From Promethearchaeota archaeon (GTDB taxonomy: Archaea > Asgardarchaeota > Lokiarchaeia > Sigyniarchaeales > SOKP01), in NCBI GenBank assembly GCA_029838195.1, contig JALGVJ010000002.1, positions 64,001 through 128,000 of the forward strand: a stretch of 64,000 nucleotides of DNA, read 5' to 3'. The notes beneath the pieces are model-generated. The model was given only the letters and a program-made list of their open reading frames with translations, ran no database searches and had not been told where the DNA came from. Shown one piece after another: positions 59,177-64,000 of the stretch (positions within the stretch are counted from its first letter, which is position 1; the number at the start of each line of letters is the position of its first letter). A program made the position numbers and the translations under genes.

Positions 59177-60328
59177 ATGAATGAAAACAAAAAAAACTTA
59201 GAGGATTTTATTCACTTTTCCACTATATTGGAAGAAAGTAATGATGAAGCTACAAGATTGAAATGTCTTGTTAAACTAATTAACTTTAATATTGAATCCG
59301 AAAAACTCATGAAAATTTTAGAGGATTTAATCATCTCTGAAGAAAGTGAATTGATCCGGGGAAAAGCCTTGGAATTTTTTTATGAAAAATTTGTCGATAT
59401 TAAAATAGATCCTTTAGAGTGGTCAATCCAAAATGATGATTCCCCTTCAATTCTATGTTTACATGAGAAATTATTAAATAGGTTCTTAGGGGATAAAGCT
59501 AACAAATTAAGATCTCTTATCCATGAGAGATATAAAAAAATTGCTGCTCTCTTTCGTATTTCCCCAGAAGAAATAAAATTTTTCCACGATTTAGGCATCA
59601 ATTTCAATTTAAATAAAAATTATCTCACGGATTCCTACATGGAATTTTATCTCCAAAAAAACATCGCATTTGGAGTTGAAAACAACCATGTTAAAGTTTT
59701 AACTATATCATTTTTTAATCAAATTCCAAAAACTATAAAAAATTTACCGTATCTTGAGCATCTGGATTTAAGTTGTAATTATTTGACAGATTTACCTAAA
59801 GAATTGACCTCTCTAAGGCGGCTGCAATTTTTAGGATTGAATTGGAATAAATTTGATCACGTGCCTATGGTACTTAAAGATTCACGTGTAAACGAAAATT
59901 TAGTGCTAGAAATGAATCATAATAACATTAAAGAAATTCCAGAATGGTTAGTTAATGTAAAAAATTTAAAATCGCTTTTACTTCGAAATAATAAAATTAA
60001 CACTTTCCACGTTCCAAGATCGAATTCAACTAAATTAGAATATCTTGATCTCAGTAATAATAAAATTTCCGAAATTCCCTTAATTTCGAAAACCTTGCAA
60101 AATTTAAAAGTATTAATCCTAAATCATAATTTAATTGCAGGCATCCCTGAAGATTTTTCCAATTTTCACTCGCTTGAAAAATTAGAATTACAGAATAATC
60201 AAATTAAAACCGTTCCAAAATTTATTCTTGATTTAAATAATTTAAAAATTCTGAATTTACGACATAATCCAATCAAGAAAAAAAGCGAGCTTTTAAAAAG
60301 AAGCAATGGACTTAAAATCATGATTTAA
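59177..60328 (+). CDS. Leucine-rich repeat protein with N-terminal helical (HEAT-like) region
   Basis: About 8 'LxxLxLxxNxIxxIP' repeats in the C-terminal half. Confidence 0.9.
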   Translation: MNENKKNLEDFIHFSTILEESNDEATRLKCLVKLINFNIESEKLMKILEDLIISEESELIRGKALEFFYEKFVDIKIDPLEWSIQNDDSPSILCLHEKLLNRFLGDKANKLRSLIHERYKKIAALFRISPEEIKFFHDLGINFNLNKNYLTDSYMEFYLQKNIAFGVENNHVKVLTISFFNQIPKTIKNLPYLEHLDLSCNYLTDLPKELTSLRRLQFLGLNWNKFDHVPMVLKDSRVNENLVLEMNHNNIKEIPEWLVNVKNLKSLLLRNNKINTFHVPRSNSTKLEYLDLSNNKISEIPLISKTLQNLKVLILNHNLIAGIPEDFSNFHSLEKLELQNNQIKTVPKFILDLNNLKILNLRHNPIKKKSELLKRSNGLKIMI

Positions 60329-60672
60329 TAAAATTTCAAGGAGTATAACTTTTCTTTCTCTTTTTTTAAGAAAAATATTATTTTTAATGAAGTATTTCAT
60401 GTTAGGAATGATTGAAAGCCCCTTAAATCTCTCATAATGGTTCTAATAATGCTCAGGAGACAAAAAAAATAAAAAAACGATTTGGTAAAAATAAAGAATT
60501 GGTAAGAAGGAGTTGAAAAAGGAGAAAATAAGCAAAAAAAAAGTGAACATGTTTAAATTATTTTTAATATCCCAAAAAAAAAGGCTATATCTCTTTTTAT
60601 TTCATTTTCAAATCTCTCCATAAATTTGAAAATTTTTTTTGGGTTGGACCGTGTCCTTCGAATGTTTCACCA

Positions 60673-61419
60673 TTACATTTTTAATTGGCTGGAAAGAATA
60701 AAGATTGATCCCATAATCCAAATAAGTCTTCCTAAAGTAAACCAAATTATCGTATTTGTCACGATTCCCAATCCTAAAATGGTCGCAAAATAAATAATTC
60801 CAATGGGAAGTAAGGAAATTCCAATTATAAGTCTATTCATGCGGACTTTTAATGCTTGATTATCCGTTCCTTTTTTAACTCGATTTAATGACATGATCGA
60901 AAGAATGTAAAGGATGGTTGGAAATAACATGAGAGCACCAAAGAAAAGATTTATATTCGTTGCTACAATGACCATGGAAGCAGATTCCCACTCTGAAGGC
61001 GGGAGCACGTTTCCTTCCACATTTCGAACGTAGATGGATTCGTTCGTGATCATTAGGATTCCAAGCACGTAGAATATAGTCCCAACTATTATAATTTTCT
61101 TTCTATTAATCGCTTTTACTGAATGTTCTATTATTTGGGTGGCAATGTAAATTAAATAAGCGAATGTAATAGCTGCAAAAATTTGAATATCTCGTACAAC
61201 ATTTACGACTTGTAACATTAAAACGCTATCTGCACCATGCGTCCAGATGATTAAATCAGAAATTGTATAAATATTCCAAGACCACATTGCACTTCCAAAT
61301 AATTTATTAACGATATAGGCTCTTTTTTTATAAATTATTATCCCCGTGATGAAAAAGCAAAAAATTTCGATAAATTTAGGGATGTATAACCAATATTCAA
61401 CGGGATCATAGACTGGCAT
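60673..61419 (-). CDS. Stand-alone 7-TM membrane protein
   Basis: Seven hydrophobic segments; long loop between TM4 and TM5; basic loop between TM5 and TM6. Confidence 0.65.
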   Translation of the reverse strand: MPVYDPVEYWLYIPKFIEIFCFFITGIIIYKKRAYIVNKLFGSAMWSWNIYTISDLIIWTHGADSVLMLQVVNVVRDIQIFAAITFAYLIYIATQIIEHSVKAINRKKIIIVGTIFYVLGILMITNESIYVRNVEGNVLPPSEWESASMVIVATNINLFFGALMLFPTILYILSIMSLNRVKKGTDNQALKVRMNRLIIGISLLPIGIIYFATILGLGIVTNTIIWFTLGRLIWIMGSIFILSSQLKM

Positions 61420-61613
61420 TAATTCATCTAAATGAAAATCAGAATTTATTTTTTGTTTTTATAAATCATAATGATAAATAGCGCCCCTTAGTTCTTTTAA
61501 ATCACTCTTCATTTCTAATGATAACATGATCCTTAAAAATTCTCATGGAAAAAATTCTTAAATTATAATATGAATTATAAGAAATATTCAATAGTTAAAT
61601 CACGGAAAACAAG

Positions 61614-62168
61614 ATGAAAAAACTTCCAACTATTTTTCCCGATGTCTTCATTATAGAACCAGATGTATTTAAAGACGAGAGAGGTTTTTTTTTAGAATCT
61701 TATTCGTATAAAAAGTATAAAGCGTTAGGAATCGATTATATATTTGTTCAAGATAATCATGCTAAATCTAAAATTAATACTATCCGAGGACTTCATTTTT
61801 CACTCTACCCTGGACAAGTTAAGTTGATAAGATGCACGCAAGGAAGAATTTGGGATGTATTTATAGATATACGGCCCACGTCCCCTAATTTTAAAAAATG
61901 GCAAGGTGTTGAATTAACCAGCGACAATTTTTTGCAAGTATTAATTCCCGTAGGTTATGCTCATGGATATGCGGTTCTCTCAGAAACTGCTGAGGTCCAA
62001 TATAAAGTGTCAGAATATTATGATCCCCAATTAGAAAAAGAAATTTATTGGAACGATCCTACTTTAAACATTGACTGGAAAGTAAAGACCCCATTAATTT
62101 CAAATCGAGATAAAAATGCCCCGCTTCTTGATGATTATTTAAAAATCCATCCTGATCCTTTTATCTAA
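61614..62168 (+). CDS. rmlC: dTDP-4-dehydrorhamnose 3,5-epimerase
   Basis: 'DERGFFLESY', 'QDNH', 'RGLHF', 'DIRPTSP', 'GYAHGY', 'IDW'. Confidence 0.95.
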   Translation: MKKLPTIFPDVFIIEPDVFKDERGFFLESYSYKKYKALGIDYIFVQDNHAKSKINTIRGLHFSLYPGQVKLIRCTQGRIWDVFIDIRPTSPNFKKWQGVELTSDNFLQVLIPVGYAHGYAVLSETAEVQYKVSEYYDPQLEKEIYWNDPTLNIDWKVKTPLISNRDKNAPLLDDYLKIHPDPFI

Positions 62169-62205
62169 GATTTTTTTCCCCTCCTTGATTTCTCCTGTCA
62201 AGAAC

Positions 62206-63711
62206 TTATTCTAAAGATAAATTTGTAATTAATCCAATGAGAAATTTCCATGATTTTTCCACGCTTCTAATTTCCAATCGCTCTTCTGGAGAGTGCGCAT
62301 TTAAGCCCGTAGGCCCATAAGTAATCATTTGAAGTTGAGGATAATGCTGTTTAAATATTCCATTTTCTAAGGTTGCGTGTAAAGCCGTGACATTAAGTTC
62401 TTCTTGAAATAGGTGTTTATAGGTCTTTTTTGCTACGTTCACGATGTGCGAATTAAATTCTGGAGCCCACGCACCATATCCTTCGTAAAAATTTAGTTTA
62501 AATTTACAGTTGAGGCGCTCCAGTAGTTCTTTAATTTGTAAAGCAATTTTTTCATTTTCTTTCAAATTAAAACTTCGTTGCATGAACATTATTTTAATGG
62601 AACGATTTTTCGTAATAATGGAAGAAAGATTAGTAGACGTATGAATTAAATTTTTTACGACGGGATGATACTTCACGGGCCCATTAATTACTGTATTAAG
62701 AAACTGGATAAGTTTTTCTTTTTCTTCCTCAAATATAGCTTTCAATGAAGTTTCAAGATTTAATTCTTCTACATGGATCTTAATATTTCTCTCAATTTTA
62801 GGATTTTCTTTTTTTATTGATTGATAAAAATCATTTATTTTTTTATGTAAATCTTTAACTTCCTTTTTTATAACATGAATGATACACGTGCATTCACGCG
62901 GGATGGAATTCATTTTATCTCCGCCCTTAATTAATTCTAAATGATAGTGGAAATGAGTATTTAACATTTTTAATAGTTTTCCCATTAGAATTATTGCATT
63001 TAATCGTCCCTTATCTATATCTAAAGCACTATGTCCTCCTATGAGTCCAGAAATATGAAGTTTTAGAGAAGTATAATGTTCTATCTCATCATTTAGCTCA
63101 TCAAAATTAATCTTAATCTCAACTTGTGTAGGAGACCCTCCCGCATTTCCAACAATTATAGTATAATCCTCGAATCCATCTAAATTAATTAAATAATCTC
63201 CTTCGATCATGGATTTTTCTAATTGAAATGCTCCAAACATGCTATTTTCTTCATCTACGGTGAATAATAAATCAATTGGGCAATTATTAAATTCGAGTTT
63301 ACCTTCTTTCACTAATTTCATTAATGCTAATTGAAATGCAACTCCTACGCCATTATCAGCACCAAGCGTTGTATTTTCAGCTTTTACCCATTCTCTTCCA
63401 TCAATTTTCACTATTTTCAATTTTAAAGGATCTTTTGAGAAATCATGAGTACTCCCCTTAATCTTCTCACAAACCATATCTAAGTGTGATTGGAGTATAA
63501 TTGGTTTTTTCATAGAATGCCCTTTAATTCTAACTAATAAGTTTCCAATTTTATCTACCTTACTTGCATATCCGAATTTATCTGCTTCTTTTTGAATGTA
63601 GGCTCTAATCTTCTCTTCATGACCAGAGCATCGTGGAATTTTTGATATTTCTTGAAAGTAATACCAAAAATCTTGAGGTTGTCCTAACGATTCAATTTTA
63701 AACTCTTTCAT
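62206..63711 (-). CDS. pepD: Aminoacyl-histidine dipeptidase (M20C)
   Basis: 'IPRCSGHE', 'LQSHLDMVCEK', 'TLGADNGVG', 'FTVDEE', 'GGHS', 'HATLE', 'HSPEE'. Confidence 0.92.
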   Translation of the reverse strand: MKEFKIESLGQPQDFWYYFQEISKIPRCSGHEEKIRAYIQKEADKFGYASKVDKIGNLLVRIKGHSMKKPIILQSHLDMVCEKIKGSTHDFSKDPLKLKIVKIDGREWVKAENTTLGADNGVGVAFQLALMKLVKEGKLEFNNCPIDLLFTVDEENSMFGAFQLEKSMIEGDYLINLDGFEDYTIIVGNAGGSPTQVEIKINFDELNDEIEHYTSLKLHISGLIGGHSALDIDKGRLNAIILMGKLLKMLNTHFHYHLELIKGGDKMNSIPRECTCIIHVIKKEVKDLHKKINDFYQSIKKENPKIERNIKIHVEELNLETSLKAIFEEEKEKLIQFLNTVINGPVKYHPVVKNLIHTSTNLSSIITKNRSIKIMFMQRSFNLKENEKIALQIKELLERLNCKFKLNFYEGYGAWAPEFNSHIVNVAKKTYKHLFQEELNVTALHATLENGIFKQHYPQLQMITYGPTGLNAHSPEERLEIRSVEKSWKFLIGLITNLSLE

Positions 63712-63717
63712 ATTGTT

Positions 63718-64000
63718 TCATTCTAAATTTTTTAATAATTGAATAAAAAAATCCCATGTTCTTTTAACACTTTGAATATTTAGCCTTTCACCCGGCGAAT
63801 GTAGCTCTTTTATATCTGCACCGATTGAAATTAATTCCATATCGGGAAAATGTTTTTTAAAAATTCCGCATTCTAAACCCGCATGAATGGCTTGAATTTG
63901 AGGTTTTTCCTTATATAATTGTTCGTGAGTTTGAATTGCAATTTTGAGCAATTTTGATTCGAATGAAGGCTCCCAACCGGGGTATTCTCCTTCATGAGAA
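63718..64000 (-). CDS. pepD: C-terminal part of a second PepD paralog (runs off the window edge)
   Basis: 'AIHAGLECG', 'SIGADI..LHSPGERL'; frame open to the window end ('GEYPGWEPSF'). Confidence 0.88.
   Translation of the reverse strand, partial: SHEGEYPGWEPSFESKLLKIAIQTHEQLYKEKPQIQAIHAGLECGIFKKHFPDMELISIGADIKELHSPGERLNIQSVKRTWDFFIQLLKNLE

Noticed and set aside
253-59607. Numerous short antisense or overlapping ORFs in the six-frame track (e.g. 253-597, 932-1234, 14664-15098, 29577-29945, 45964-46440)
   Set aside because: They are shadows of well-supported genes on the opposite strand or in another frame, with no motifs of their own
1-64000. tRNA, rRNA, integrase/provirus or ubiquitin-E1-E2-E3 genes
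   Set aside because: None recognised by eye; tRNAscan-SE, Infernal and HMM searches would be needed to exclude small or divergent ones

Overview
AT-rich, gene-dense archaeal chromosomal segment with about 54 CDSs. No rRNA, tRNA or CRISPR array was recognised. The gene content points to Asgard archaea, most likely Lokiarchaeia (inference): a small Arf/Rag-like GTPase, a tandem roadblock protein, longin-like domains, an LRR protein and Rpn11/CSN5-like MPN proteins sit among archaeal housekeeping genes (GPN GTPase, SufBC, HdrBC, MA1821/MA1822-type homocysteine synthesis, AfpA, two PAC2 proteasome chaperones, ZntA, CopA). The best candidate for an undescribed system is the locus at about 42.5-52.8 kb. 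It encodes three paralogous MPN/JAMM proteins, including a translationally coupled pair of an intact MPN+ protein and a catalytically dead MPN- protein, both with long coiled-coil tails (the Rpn11/Rpn8, CSN5/CSN6, BRCC36/Abraxas arrangement). Around them lie a zinc-ribbon protein, a small winged-helix-like protein, a polytopic membrane protein with repeated cytoplasmic domains and an AAA+-vWA ATPase. Other notable items: a cytoplasmic IFT52-like GIFT protein, a receiver domain fused to a longin/uDENN-like domain next to a small GTPase, a stand-alone SMC hinge, a divergent aCPSF1-like nuclease, a Cys/His module shared by two P1B ATPases, and a direct-repeat-flanked MFS plus IS-remnant cassette. 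All assignments come from motif recognition by eye; no database searches were run.
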